Source: Bacteroidota bacterium | Lineage (GTDB): Bacteria > Bacteroidota > Ignavibacteria > UBA10030 > UBA8401 | Assembly (NCBI GenBank): GCA_041658205.1 | Contig: JBBAAO010000001.1 | Location: forward strand, 1,223,131-1,287,130 | DNA length: 64,000 bases | Direction of reading: 5' to 3' | Shown here: in pieces, positions 27,559-38,476 of the stretch | How the letters are laid out: every line of letters begins with the position of its first letter | Position numbering within the stretch: the first letter of the stretch is position 1 | The notes under the pieces: generated by a model | What the model was told of the DNA's origin: nothing | Database searches by the model: none | What the model saw: only the letters and a program-made list of their open reading frames with translations | Made by a program: the position numbers and the translations under genes

Positions 27559-28920
27559 ATGAAGGAAAAAATTCGCATAGCCTCAGGACAAGGATTTTGG
27601 GGCGATCTGCAGACGGCACCAATCGATCAAGTACGAAAAGGACAGATCGATTATATGATGCTTGACTATCTTGCAGAAGTCACTATGTCCATCATGCAGA
27701 AACAGAAATTGAAAGATCCAAAACTCGGATATGCTAAGGATCTGATATCTGTTTTTGATACTATCCTTCCTGATATTGTTCGAAAAGGAATTAAAGTGAT
27801 CACAAATGGCGGAGGAGTGAATCCAATTGCCTGCCGTGATGCGATATTTGAAGTTGCTAAAAAACATAATATTGCCAATCTGAAGATTGGTGTTGTGTAT
27901 GGAGATGATATTCTTCCGGACATAGACAATCTTGCATCACAAGGGATGTATTTAGACAATATGGAAACAGGAGAAAAATTATCTTCTGTTCGGAAAAATG
28001 TCATTAGCGCGAATGTGTATTTTGGAGCGCAACCAATTGTTGAGGCATTGAAACAGGGTGCCCAAATTGTTATTACGGGAAGAACCACCGATACTGGATT
28101 GACTCTTGCTCCCATGGTATATGAATTTGATTGGAAGTGGAACGATTGGAATAAGATTGCCGCTGGAACAGTTGCTGGACATATTCTGGAATGCGGCGGA
28201 CAGGCAAGTGGAGGTAATTTTACAGGAGATTGGAAATCTGTCCCGGATCTTGCAAATATTGGTTTTCCAATTGCTGAAGCTTATCCCGATGGTAGATTTG
28301 TTGTGACAAAGCATGAACATACTGGTGGTCTAGTCTCAAGTGCCACAGTAAAAGAACAATTGTTGTATGAGATCGGAAATCCCAAAAATTATATTACTCC
28401 CGATTGTATTGCAGATTTTACATCAATTCATCTTAAAGATCTAACAACAAATAGGGTTGAAGTTTCAGGAATCAAAGGCAGTCCAGCAACAGATTCATAC
28501 AAAGTGTCGATGGCATATTTTGATGGTTACACTGCCTTCTCAACATTAACATACGCCTGGCCTGATGCATTAGAGAAAGCAAAAAAAGCGGATGAAATAT
28601 TGAGAACTCGACTTTCAAATTTAGGATTGCAGTTTGAAGAGATACGAACAGAATTTCTTGGTTACAATTCCAGTTTTGGTCCATTAGCAACACATCCTGA
28701 ATTGTTGAATGAAGTGGTTATGCGTGTTGGTGTTCGTGGAAATGATAAGAATGCCATGGAACGATTCAGCAGAGAAATTGCTCCGTTAATTTTAACTGGT
28801 CCGCCATCTGTGACAGGTTTTGCTGCAGGACGGCCAAAACCAAGCGAAGTGATTGCATATTGGCCTGCATTATTACCTAAAACAGCCGTAACACCGAAAG
28901 TGGAGGTTTCTACGATATGA
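27559..28920 (+). CDS. AtuA-like (DUF1446) protein
   Basis: 'IRIASGQGFWGD...DYLAEVTMSIM' and the overall length are typical of the acyclic terpene utilisation AtuA family. The stop overlaps the next start (ATGA). Confidence 0.8.
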   Translation: MKEKIRIASGQGFWGDLQTAPIDQVRKGQIDYMMLDYLAEVTMSIMQKQKLKDPKLGYAKDLISVFDTILPDIVRKGIKVITNGGGVNPIACRDAIFEVAKKHNIANLKIGVVYGDDILPDIDNLASQGMYLDNMETGEKLSSVRKNVISANVYFGAQPIVEALKQGAQIVITGRTTDTGLTLAPMVYEFDWKWNDWNKIAAGTVAGHILECGGQASGGNFTGDWKSVPDLANIGFPIAEAYPDGRFVVTKHEHTGGLVSSATVKEQLLYEIGNPKNYITPDCIADFTSIHLKDLTTNRVEVSGIKGSPATDSYKVSMAYFDGYTAFSTLTYAWPDALEKAKKADEILRTRLSNLGLQFEEIRTEFLGYNSSFGPLATHPELLNEVVMRVGVRGNDKNAMERFSREIAPLILTGPPSVTGFAAGRPKPSEVIAYWPALLPKTAVTPKVEVSTI

Positions 28921-29240
28921 AAATTCAATTATATCATATTGCCCATGCACGATCCGGTGACAAAGGGGATACAGGAAATGTTGGTGTGATCGCCCGGAAA
29001 TCTGAGTATTACCCTCTTTTGGTAAAGTATCTGACAGAAGAACGCGTTAAAAAACATTTTGAAGGAATCTGTCTGGGGAAGGTAGAACGATTTGAGTTGC
29101 CGAATATTGAAGCATTAAATTTTCTTCTCCATAATTCTCTCGGGGGTGGAGGGACTAAATCTTTAAAAAATGATGCGCAGGGAAAAACACTCAGCAGTGT
29201 AATGCTGAGAATGGAATTGGAAATTAAGGAAACAATATAA
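28917..29240 (+). CDS. Small partner protein of AtuA-like genes (DUF4387-like)
   Basis: 107 aa with 'IAHARSGDKGDTGNVGVIA'. It is translationally coupled on both sides (ATGA upstream, TAATG downstream). Confidence 0.7.
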   Translation: MKIQLYHIAHARSGDKGDTGNVGVIARKSEYYPLLVKYLTEERVKKHFEGICLGKVERFELPNIEALNFLLHNSLGGGGTKSLKNDAQGKTLSSVMLRMELEIKETI

Positions 29241-30371
29241 TGTTTGAAAATTCAAAAGCAGAATTGCAAAAATTACAGGAACGACTCACTCAGCTTCGGG
29301 GGTTTCTTTGACATCGATGTCAAACAAAGTGAAATAGATTCCCTCCAACAAAAAACTTCTGAACCAAATTTCTGGCTGGATAACGTTGCTGCCCAAAAAG
29401 TGATGCAGGAAATCAATTCGCGTAAATCGTGGGTGGATGCATGGACATTGAGTAAGCGGCTCATTGATGACACATTTGCGTTCATTGAATTAGCCGAAGA
29501 ATCGCAGGATGAATCATTGCAAAAAGAGATTGATGCGGACTGCTTAAAGATTACGAATATTTTTGGTGATCTTGAATTTCGAAATATGCTCAGTGGGACT
29601 GATGATAAGAGCAATGCAATATTAACAGTCCATTCCGGCGCCGGCGGTACAGAATCCCAGGATTGGGCTGAAATGCTCTTGCGAATGTATTCACGCTGGT
29701 GCGAAAAAAACGGATACAAAATATCCCTGGCAGAGCGGCAGGATGGTGACGGAGCAGGAATAAAAAGTGCAACGATTGAAATATTTGGAGATTACGCTTT
29801 TGGATATTTAAAAGCGGAAATAGGTGTGCACCGTCTTGTCCGAATTTCTCCGTTTGATGCAAATAAACGACGGCATACCTCATTTGCCTCCGTCTTTGTC
29901 TATCCTGAAATTGAGGATGATGTCGAGATCGAAGTTAACCCGGCCGATATCGAAATGGATACCTATCGTGCAGGAGGAAAAGGTGGGCAAAATGTCAACA
30001 AGGTTGAAACCGCAGTGCGACTGCGTCATATTCCCAGCGGTGTTGTTGTTGCGTGCCAGGAAGAACGGTCACAATTCCAAAACCGTGAACGAGCGATGAA
30101 GATGTTAAAATCGCGACTCTATCAAATTCGGAAAGAAGAAGAAGAAGCCCGCCTTGCAGCGATTGAAGGGACAAAGAAAAAAATCGAATGGGGAAGTCAA
30201 ATTCGTTCGTACGTATTCCACCCCTATAATATGGTAAAAGATCATCGCACAGAACATGAAACTAGCGATACGCAAGGTGTTATGGATGGTGATCTTGATA
30301 AATTTATCAAAGCGTATTTGATGCAGTCTAGCATGCCTGACCGTCAGGCAGGCAATCAAAAGGTTGCCTAA
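29240..30371 (+). CDS. prfB: Peptide chain release factor 2, expressed through a +1 programmed frameshift at codon 24
   Basis: Frame 0 reads [23 protein letters not shown] then TGA (29309-29311). The +1 frame continues from 29310 as [12 protein letters not shown]... and carries the RF2 'SPF' and 'GGQ' motifs. The ATG at 29244 in the ORF track is an artefact of the shifted frame. Confidence 0.92.
29297..29312 (+). promoter_or_regulatory. RF2 autoregulatory +1 frameshift site
   Basis: CGG GGG TTT CTT TGA C contains an internal SD-like GGGGG three nt upstream of the slippery CTT followed by TGA C. This is the same architecture as the E. coli prfB site. Confidence 0.88.
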
Positions 30372-30372
30372 C

Positions 30373-31602
30373 ATGTCATTCACGACATTTGTTGCTCGAA
30401 GATTCCTGCAGTTTCAAAAAACATCCCGGTCACAAAATTTCATTTCGTTTGTTACACTAATCTCGATCATTGGAGTGACACTTGGTGTTGCTTCATTGAT
30501 TATTGCATTGACCATTCTCGGCGGCTTTGAAAAAGAGTTGAAAGAAAAAGTCATTGGATTCACCACGCATATCCAAGTGACAACCTACACGAATCAACCA
30601 ATTCGATATTATTCCAATATTGAAACGAAGCTTAAAGAAAAGGTCAAACATATTCGGTCTGTTTCCGCTTTCATCTCAAAAGAAGGAATGGTCAATTATG
30701 GTGAATCGACGGAAGGAATTATTGTTAAAGGAATTGAACAAGTTTCCGCGGAAAGCGGGATATCTCAATATCTTGTTGACGGGGAAATAAATTTTGAAAA
30801 AATATCTGATGGATTGTATGGTTGCACAGTAGGAAGAAAGCTTTTAACCACTCTTGGGGCAAAAATTCATGATACGCTACTCGTCTTCGGTTTACAAGGA
30901 CATATACAAACAACCATAGCGCCAAATGTCATGGCGTTTATCGTTACGGGCGTATATGAATCAGGGATGTCGGAATATGACGATATTTATTTCTATGTTG
31001 GCATCCCCGCTGCTCAACAGCTAATAAATTATGAAGAAGCAGTTTCGGGTTTTGAAGTTCTCCTGGATGATGTTAACTCTGCACCGGAAATCGCAAAAAA
31101 CATTATGGATGTTCTGGGTTATCCATTTAGTGCAAGGACGCTCTTTCAGCTTTATCGAAATCTCTTCACCTGGATTGAATTGCAAAAAGAGCCTATTCCG
31201 CTGATTTTGGGGCTCATTATCGCTGTCGCGGCTGTAAATATCGTCGGGACATTATTAATGCTTGTGTTAGAAAAGAGAAAACAGGTTGGTGTGTTAAGAT
31301 CATTAGGAGCTTCTTCCTCATCAATCAAAAAAATATTTTTAATCAAAGGAACGATTATTGCGTTTGTGGGGACTGTTCTGGGCAATGTCGTGGGTTTTTT
31401 TGTCTGTTGGATTCAACAGCAGTATCAAATTATTTCTCTTCCATCGACGATCTATTTCATGAAAACTGTTCCAATTTATTTTAAACTTGAGAATTTTCTT
31501 ATTGTATCCTTCGTGAGCATCATCCTTTGCGTGCTGGCTTCGTATATTCCCGCACGACTAGCCGCAACACTAGATCCCATTAAAGCGATACGACTCGGCT
31601 GA
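30373..31602 (+). CDS. LolC/LolE-family ABC transporter permease (FtsX/MacB-type)
   Basis: The N-terminus is 'FVARRFL...SFVTLISIIGVTLGVASLIIALTILGGF'. A periplasmic domain is followed by a C-terminal FtsX-like 3-TM bundle ending in 'PARLAATLDPIKAIR'. Confidence 0.85.
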   Translation: MSFTTFVARRFLQFQKTSRSQNFISFVTLISIIGVTLGVASLIIALTILGGFEKELKEKVIGFTTHIQVTTYTNQPIRYYSNIETKLKEKVKHIRSVSAFISKEGMVNYGESTEGIIVKGIEQVSAESGISQYLVDGEINFEKISDGLYGCTVGRKLLTTLGAKIHDTLLVFGLQGHIQTTIAPNVMAFIVTGVYESGMSEYDDIYFYVGIPAAQQLINYEEAVSGFEVLLDDVNSAPEIAKNIMDVLGYPFSARTLFQLYRNLFTWIELQKEPIPLILGLIIAVAAVNIVGTLLMLVLEKRKQVGVLRSLGASSSSIKKIFLIKGTIIAFVGTVLGNVVGFFVCWIQQQYQIISLPSTIYFMKTVPIYFKLENFLIVSFVSIILCVLASYIPARLAATLDPIKAIRLG

Positions 31603-32822
31603 TGAAATACACATTCTTTATAGCGAAGCGGTATCTTCTTGCCAAAAAAGAGGCAAGTTTTATTACGGTGATATCATTAATCTCCATTCTAGGCGTTACG
31701 ATCGGAGTAGCAGCTCTTATCGTTGTGCTTTCAGTATTTAATGGGTTCAATGGATTAGTGACAGATATTTTAGTTGGATTTGATCCGCATGTGAGAATAA
31801 ATGTTCCCAAAAATATTGATTCTTCATCGTTTGTAACGCTGAAGAGTTTCATTTCGAGCCAAGGCATTGTTACAGCGTTTTCCCCGTTTGTTTCTGGGAA
31901 AGGGATGGTCATTTCCAAAAAAACAACAAAAGTAATCTTTATTCGTGGATTGGAAACGGAATCGCTTTCAAACGTTTCAGGCGTGACCCAAAGTATGGTT
32001 ATCGGAAATGCGAAATTCTCAAAAGAAACACCGGAAATAGTTTTGGGATACAGTTTGGCAGACAAGCTGGGAATTGGAATAGATGATACACTGTATATTG
32101 TTACTTCGGCTGGAGTTCAAAATGCAATGACAGGATTTGCACTACCACAATTGTTTAGTCTGAAGGTGATTGGAATTTACGAAGCAAAAAATAGAGATTA
32201 CGACGGATTGTACGCTTTTACATCGTTAGAGACATCTCAAAAGTTATTTGGAACAAATTCAATTCATGGATTTGATGTCCGACTCAAGAATATCGATCAA
32301 TCTGGATCGTTTGTTGATGTGATACGGACGCAATATGGAGAAACACTGAATATTCAATCCTGGTACGATCTTCATAAAGATCTTTATTCTGTAATGCAGG
32401 TTGAGCGATGGAGTGCCTTTATCATCCTCACACTCATTATTGCCGTGGCTTCATTCAATTTACTTGGATCATTGACAATGACTGTTATTGAAAAAACAAG
32501 AGATATAGGAATCTTGAAAGCAATGGGGGCAACGCAAAATGATATCCTTACAATATTTCGACTTGAAGGAATTTTAGTCGGTGTTGTTGGATCCTTGTTA
32601 GGACTCGCCTTAGGTTCATTTATTTGCTGGATGCAGATAACATTTCATTTGTTTGCTCTCGATTCCAATGTTTATATTATTCCGGCAATCCCCATTGAAA
32701 TGAGAACAATAGATATAATTTTGGTACCGCTTTCCGCAATAATATTATGTTCCCTTGCCGCATATTACCCATCAAAACGTGCGGCATTATTACAGCCATC
32801 CGAAGCAGTTCGCTGGGAGTGA
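31602..32822 (+). CDS. LolC/LolE-family ABC transporter permease (second copy)
   Basis: It has the same architecture ('FIAKRYLLAKK...ISILGVTIGVAALIVVLSVFNGF', C-terminal 'PSKRAALLQPSEAVRWE'). Its start overlaps the preceding stop. Confidence 0.85.
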   Translation: MKYTFFIAKRYLLAKKEASFITVISLISILGVTIGVAALIVVLSVFNGFNGLVTDILVGFDPHVRINVPKNIDSSSFVTLKSFISSQGIVTAFSPFVSGKGMVISKKTTKVIFIRGLETESLSNVSGVTQSMVIGNAKFSKETPEIVLGYSLADKLGIGIDDTLYIVTSAGVQNAMTGFALPQLFSLKVIGIYEAKNRDYDGLYAFTSLETSQKLFGTNSIHGFDVRLKNIDQSGSFVDVIRTQYGETLNIQSWYDLHKDLYSVMQVERWSAFIILTLIIAVASFNLLGSLTMTVIEKTRDIGILKAMGATQNDILTIFRLEGILVGVVGSLLGLALGSFICWMQITFHLFALDSNVYIIPAIPIEMRTIDIILVPLSAIILCSLAAYYPSKRAALLQPSEAVRWE

Positions 32823-32824
32823 CG

Positions 32825-33496
32825 ATGATCTTAGAAGCAAAACGTATTAAAAAAAGTTACCAAACTGGTACCTCCGATTATTTAGAGGTACTAAAAGGAA
32901 TATCGCTCTCTTTTTCCGAAGGGGAAATAGTGGCTGTGGTAGGACAATCTGGTGCAGGAAAAAGTACGTTAGTTCATCTGCTTGGACTTTTGGATAAACC
33001 ATCGGAGGGTGAGATACTTTTTGAAGGTAAAAATGTTACAAACTATACCGATGAGCAAATCTCTAAAGTAAGAAATAAAAATATCGGTTTTGTTTTTCAA
33101 TTCCATCATTTACTTCCGGAATTTTCTGCAATCGAAAACGTAATGATGCCGGCTTATATTGCCGGTACTTCCGGTCAAAAAGTGTACGACCGGGCGAAAT
33201 ATTTGCTGCAGGATGTTGGTTTATCAGAACGAGGAGAACATAAACCAAGCGAACTTTCTGGAGGGGAACAACAACGTGTCGCAGTAGCCCGCTCTCTGAT
33301 GAATTCTCCTAAAATAATCTTTGCGGACGAGCCATCGGGAAATCTTGATTCCGAGAATGCTGAAAAACTCCACAATCTTCTATTCGACCTTCGAGAAAAA
33401 CATCGACAAACATTCGTTATTGTTACACACAATAAAGAGCTTGCCAACCGTGCCGACCGCATAATCACCCTTTCAAACGGGTTAATTGTTCCATAA
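32825..33496 (+). CDS. lolD: Lipoprotein-releasing ABC transporter ATP-binding protein
   Basis: Walker A is 'GQSGAGKST', the signature is 'LSGGEQQRVA' and Walker B is 'IIFADEP'. The ATG at 32825 lies just after the permease stop, and the upstream extension in the ORF track overlaps the permease. Confidence 0.88.
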   Translation: MILEAKRIKKSYQTGTSDYLEVLKGISLSFSEGEIVAVVGQSGAGKSTLVHLLGLLDKPSEGEILFEGKNVTNYTDEQISKVRNKNIGFVFQFHHLLPEFSAIENVMMPAYIAGTSGQKVYDRAKYLLQDVGLSERGEHKPSELSGGEQQRVAVARSLMNSPKIIFADEPSGNLDSENAEKLHNLLFDLREKHRQTFVIVTHNKELANRADRIITLSNGLIVP

Positions 33497-33511
33497 TCTC
33501 TCATTCAACTA

Positions 33512-33540
33512 TTGACAAGGGTATCATTTCTATGTATATT
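33512..33540 (+). promoter_or_regulatory. Sigma-70-like promoter of groESL
   Basis: TTGACA (33512-33517), a 17-nt spacer, then TATATT (33535-33540). The -10 element abuts or overlaps the CIRCE operator. Confidence 0.55.
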
Positions 33541-33565
33541 AGCACTCATAATATGGGAGTGCTAA
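33539..33565 (+). promoter_or_regulatory. CIRCE operator (HrcA binding site)
   Basis: TTAGCACTC-ATAATATGG-GAGTGCTAA is a perfect match to the TTAGCACTC-N9-GAGTGCTAA consensus. It lies 53 nt upstream of groES. Confidence 0.9.
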
Positions 33566-33617
33566 ATTTATCAATTCCCTTAACTTGAAACAAATCAACA
33601 TGTTATAAGGAGGATCT

Positions 33618-33908
33618 ATGAAAATTCATCCATTATCAGATCGAATCGTTGTAAAACCAGCTGAAGCTGAAGAAAAAACCAAAGGCGGTCTTTTTCTTCC
33701 TGATACAGCGAAAGAAAAACCAGTGTGGGGAGAAGTGATTGCTACAGGTCCAGGAAAAACTACGGACGAAGGCAAAAAAATTTCGATGGAAGTAAAAGTT
33801 GGCGACAAAGTTCTTTATGGCAAATATTCCGGAACAGAAGTATCCGTTGATGGCCAAGAAGTGCTCATCATGCGTGAAAGCGATATTTTCGCAATCATGC
33901 CGAAATAA
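33618..33908 (+). CDS. groES: Co-chaperonin GroES
   Basis: 96 aa with '[10 protein letters not shown]...[25 protein letters not shown]'. Confidence 0.97.
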   Translation: MKIHPLSDRIVVKPAEAEEKTKGGLFLPDTAKEKPVWGEVIATGPGKTTDEGKKISMEVKVGDKVLYGKYSGTEVSVDGQEVLIMRESDIFAIMPK

Positions 33909-33937
33909 CTTTTTTTTGAAACTGAAAATTAAATTAA

Positions 33938-35584
<1,647 letters not shown>

Positions 35585-35596
35585 TATTCCCGTAAT

Positions 35597-35624
35597 CAAG
35601 TCAATGATTTTTACCATTGACTTG
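35597..35624 (+). other. Perfect 10-bp hairpin immediately after groEL
   Basis: CAAGTCAATG (35597-35606) pairs with CATTGACTTG (35615-35624) across an 8-nt loop. No T-run follows. Confidence 0.5.
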
Positions 35625-35638
35625 GTTATTGCTATTTC

Positions 35639-35676
35639 AACCCTCAGTCAAAGTTCTTGGCTGAGGGTTTTTTATT
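35639..35676 (+). terminator. Rho-independent terminator of groESL
   Basis: AACCCTCAG (35639-35647) pairs with CTGAGGGTT (35661-35669), followed by TTTTATTTT. Confidence 0.75.
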
Positions 35677-35709
35677 TTCTATATTTCAGAAAGTGAAAGG
35701 AACCAACAA

Positions 35710-36906
35710 ATGTCATTTCAACAACAACTTCCCCAGATTCAACAAAAGCTGAAAGATTATAAACTCGATGGATGGCTCCTCTATAATTTTCGAGGATGCA
35801 ACTCTTTTGCTACAAAAATATTGGAGATGTCCTCCGGTAAACTCTCCTCAAGGCGGTATTTTTATTACATTCCCGCAGATGGTACACCGCAAAAATTGGT
35901 GCACAGTATTGAGCAATACGATCTTGATCATCTCCCGGGTGAAAAGACCATTTTTAATCAATGGAAAACACTGCATGAAGGAGTCAAAAAGATTCTTCAT
36001 GGAGCAAAAACTATTTGCATGGAATACTCACCCAACAATGATATTCCTTATCTTTCAAAGGTTGATGCCGGTACGTTAGAATTCATCCGTTCATTTGGTG
36101 TAAACATTGTTTCTTCAGGCGATATTGTTCAGTTTTTTGAAGCTCGTTGGACTGATGAACAGTATACCGATGCACAGGATTCAGCAAATATTTTATTGAA
36201 GACAATCGACAAAGCGTTCAATTATATCGGAGAAAATTTACGGGACGGAAAAAAAATTACGGAATATGATGTGCAACAATTAATCATGGCTGAGTTTGAG
36301 AAACACCAATTGACAACATATGCTCCTGCGAATTGCTCAGTCAACGGGAATGGGGCAAATCCACATTATGATCCGAGCTCGGAACAATCCTCAGAGATCA
36401 AAAAAGGGGATTATATTCTGATCGATTGGTGGGCAAAAAAGAAAAAACCCGGAGCAGTCTATGCAGATTTTACATGGGTCGGTTATGCAGGGAAAAGCAT
36501 TCCGCAAAAATACCAAGAAGTATTCGACATTGTCAAAGGATCTCGTGATGCGGCGGTTGAATTTCTAAAAAAGGAGTTTGGTGCCGGTCGAAAAGTAAGA
36601 GGGTGTGATGTTGACGATGTGACAAGAAAGTATATTGACGATCTTGGGTATGGAAAATATTTTGTCCATAGAACCGGACATAATATAGGAGAAGAAGTGC
36701 ATGGTAACGGCGCGCATATTGATAATTTTGAGACCATGGATGTGCGGGAAATTATTCCGGAAACATGTTTTTCCATTGAACCGGGAATATATTTACCTGG
36801 AGAATTTGGTATTCGATTGGAGATTGACGTTTATATCTCGAAAAACAAAGAAGTGATATTGCTCGGTGATAAATATCAAAAACAAATTGTGAAAATCGAT
36901 TGTTAA
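35710..36906 (+). CDS. M24-family metallopeptidase (Xaa-Pro aminopeptidase-like)
   Basis: The pita-bread fold metal ligand motifs are 'YADFTW', 'HRTGHNIGEEVHG' and 'FSIEPGIY'. Confidence 0.85.
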   Translation: MSFQQQLPQIQQKLKDYKLDGWLLYNFRGCNSFATKILEMSSGKLSSRRYFYYIPADGTPQKLVHSIEQYDLDHLPGEKTIFNQWKTLHEGVKKILHGAKTICMEYSPNNDIPYLSKVDAGTLEFIRSFGVNIVSSGDIVQFFEARWTDEQYTDAQDSANILLKTIDKAFNYIGENLRDGKKITEYDVQQLIMAEFEKHQLTTYAPANCSVNGNGANPHYDPSSEQSSEIKKGDYILIDWWAKKKKPGAVYADFTWVGYAGKSIPQKYQEVFDIVKGSRDAAVEFLKKEFGAGRKVRGCDVDDVTRKYIDDLGYGKYFVHRTGHNIGEEVHGNGAHIDNFETMDVREIIPETCFSIEPGIYLPGEFGIRLEIDVYISKNKEVILLGDKYQKQIVKIDC

Positions 36907-36954
36907 CATGAGTATTCGAAAACAAAAATATTTCAGAACAGCGATTACCACATT

Positions 36955-37743
36955 ATGGATTTAGGAATAAAAAATAAAATTGCACTTGTTGCAGCGTCAA
37001 GTCAAGGACTTGGTAAAGCCGCTGCTTTTTCTTTGGCAAAAGAGGGAGTGAATCTTGCGATTTGCTCACGAAATAAAAAAGTGATTGAATCAACAGCTGT
37101 TGAGATACAGAAAGCAACAGGGGTGAGAGTCGTTCCATATATAGCAGATGTATCACAGGCATCAGAAATAGATAAACTGGTTGAGTCTGTAACCAAGGAG
37201 TTTGGCAGGATTGATATCCTTGTGAACAATGCCGGAGGCCCACCGACGGGCAATATAGCATCTCTGCCTGATTCGGAGTGGGAGCGCGGATTTAATCTTA
37301 CATTAATGAGCATGGTGAGAATGACGAGAGCAGTGCTTCCGTCCATGCAAAAGCATTATTGGGGAAGAATCATTTCCATTGTTTCACTTACTGCTAAACA
37401 ACCAATTGATGATCTTATGATCTCTTCAACAATTCGTCCCGGAATTCTTGGACTGACAAAAGTGTTAGCTAATCAGAACGGTAAATTTAATATTACGGTT
37501 AATACAGTTTGTCCGGGATATATTTTAACAAATCGCCAAGAAGAACTTAGCCGCTCCCATTCTGCGGAAAAGAATATATCAATGGAAGAATATCTTGCTG
37601 AAAGTGTAAGAAATATTCCGGTTGGACGCTTGGGAAGGCCGGAAGAAATTGGTGATGTTATCGCTTTTTTGGCATCAGAAAAGGCAAGTTATATCAATGG
37701 GTCAAATATTATTGTGGATGGGGGACAGATCAAGAGTATATAA
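36955..37743 (+). CDS. SDR-family oxidoreductase
   Basis: 'IALVAASSQGLGKAAA' is a TGxxxGxG-like motif, 'NNAGG' is present, and a C-terminal 'SYINGSNIIVDGG' follows. Confidence 0.88.
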   Translation: MDLGIKNKIALVAASSQGLGKAAAFSLAKEGVNLAICSRNKKVIESTAVEIQKATGVRVVPYIADVSQASEIDKLVESVTKEFGRIDILVNNAGGPPTGNIASLPDSEWERGFNLTLMSMVRMTRAVLPSMQKHYWGRIISIVSLTAKQPIDDLMISSTIRPGILGLTKVLANQNGKFNITVNTVCPGYILTNRQEELSRSHSAEKNISMEEYLAESVRNIPVGRLGRPEEIGDVIAFLASEKASYINGSNIIVDGGQIKSI

Positions 37744-37769
37744 TAGAACGGGATGGCATGCCGTCCTAT
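37743..37769. repeat. REP-like palindromic element, copy A (degenerate)
   Basis: ATAGAACGGGATGGCATGCCGTCCTAT matches copy C at 22 of 27 positions (hand count). It lies at the SDR stop codon, 68 nt upstream of the RAYT-like gene. Confidence 0.6.
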
Positions 37770-37837
37770 TAAGATATACACCTTTTCTATCAAGAGAATT
37801 ACGTTGTTATATATATACACTGTTAGTAATATTCTGA

Positions 37838-38476
37838 ATGAAAGAATATTACAGACGACACCTTCCGCATATTAACCCTGTTTCCGCAATTTATTTTATC
37901 ACATTTAGACTTATTAATTCGCTACCGCATCATCTTATTTTACAGCTCATGGAAGAGTATGATAAGGATAGGGAATTGAAATCTCTTCAAAAAATAGATC
38001 CTGCTATAAAATCCGTCCCAGAATCCTTCTACCGTAAATACTTTGAGAGTTTTGATTCTTTCCTTGATAATCAACAATCGGGGAATTCATGGTTACGACA
38101 AGATGCTGTAGCCAGAATTGTATATAACGCGATAAAATATCGAGACAATAAAGATTATGATTTGATTTGTTTCACGATCATGTCGAACCATGTTCATATG
38201 CTTATTGACGTAAGACGGGATGTCATCCCGTCTTACAATAGTTACACCGTTCTGACCACAATTCTCCATTCGTTGAAGCGATTCACTGCATTTGAATGTA
38301 ATAGAGCTTTACATCGATCTGGACCATTTTGGCAGTCAGAGAGCTACGATCATGTCGTAAAAGATGAGGCAGAATTGGAACGGATAATCCGATATGTTGT
38401 ATACAATCCAGTGAAAGCTGGTTTTGTGAAAGATCCAAAAAAATGGAAGTTTACATATTGTAAATATTTTTTGTAA
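37838..38476 (+). CDS. REP-associated tyrosine transposase-like protein (RAYT; Y1/HUH, IS200-type fold)
   Basis: It has 'YRRHLPH...IYFITFRL', the HUH motif 'SNHVHMLI', 'GPFWQSESYDHVV' and the catalytic-Tyr helix 'IRYVVYNPVKAGFV'. Related palindromes flank it. Confidence 0.78.
   Translation: MKEYYRRHLPHINPVSAIYFITFRLINSLPHHLILQLMEEYDKDRELKSLQKIDPAIKSVPESFYRKYFESFDSFLDNQQSGNSWLRQDAVARIVYNAIKYRDNKDYDLICFTIMSNHVHMLIDVRRDVIPSYNSYTVLTTILHSLKRFTAFECNRALHRSGPFWQSESYDHVVKDEAELERIIRYVVYNPVKAGFVKDPKKWKFTYCKYFL
38210..38236. repeat. REP-like palindromic element, copy B (perfect, inside the RAYT coding sequence)
   Basis: GTAAGACGGGATG-T-CATCCCGTCTTAC has 13-bp perfect arms. It starts at codon position 1 and spans exactly 9 codons (VRRDVIPSY). 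Confidence 0.75.

Noticed and set aside
29244-29309. The ATG at 29244 as the prfB start, as in the ORF track
   Set aside because: The predicted N-terminus '[14 protein letters not shown]...' is simply the +1 frame read upstream of the frameshift site. The 29240 frame gives an RF2-like N-terminus that ends at the canonical CTT TGA C site.
31580-32065. 161-aa minus-strand ORF overlapping the lolC/E junction
   Set aside because: It is a shadow ORF opposite two conserved permease genes, with no independent support.
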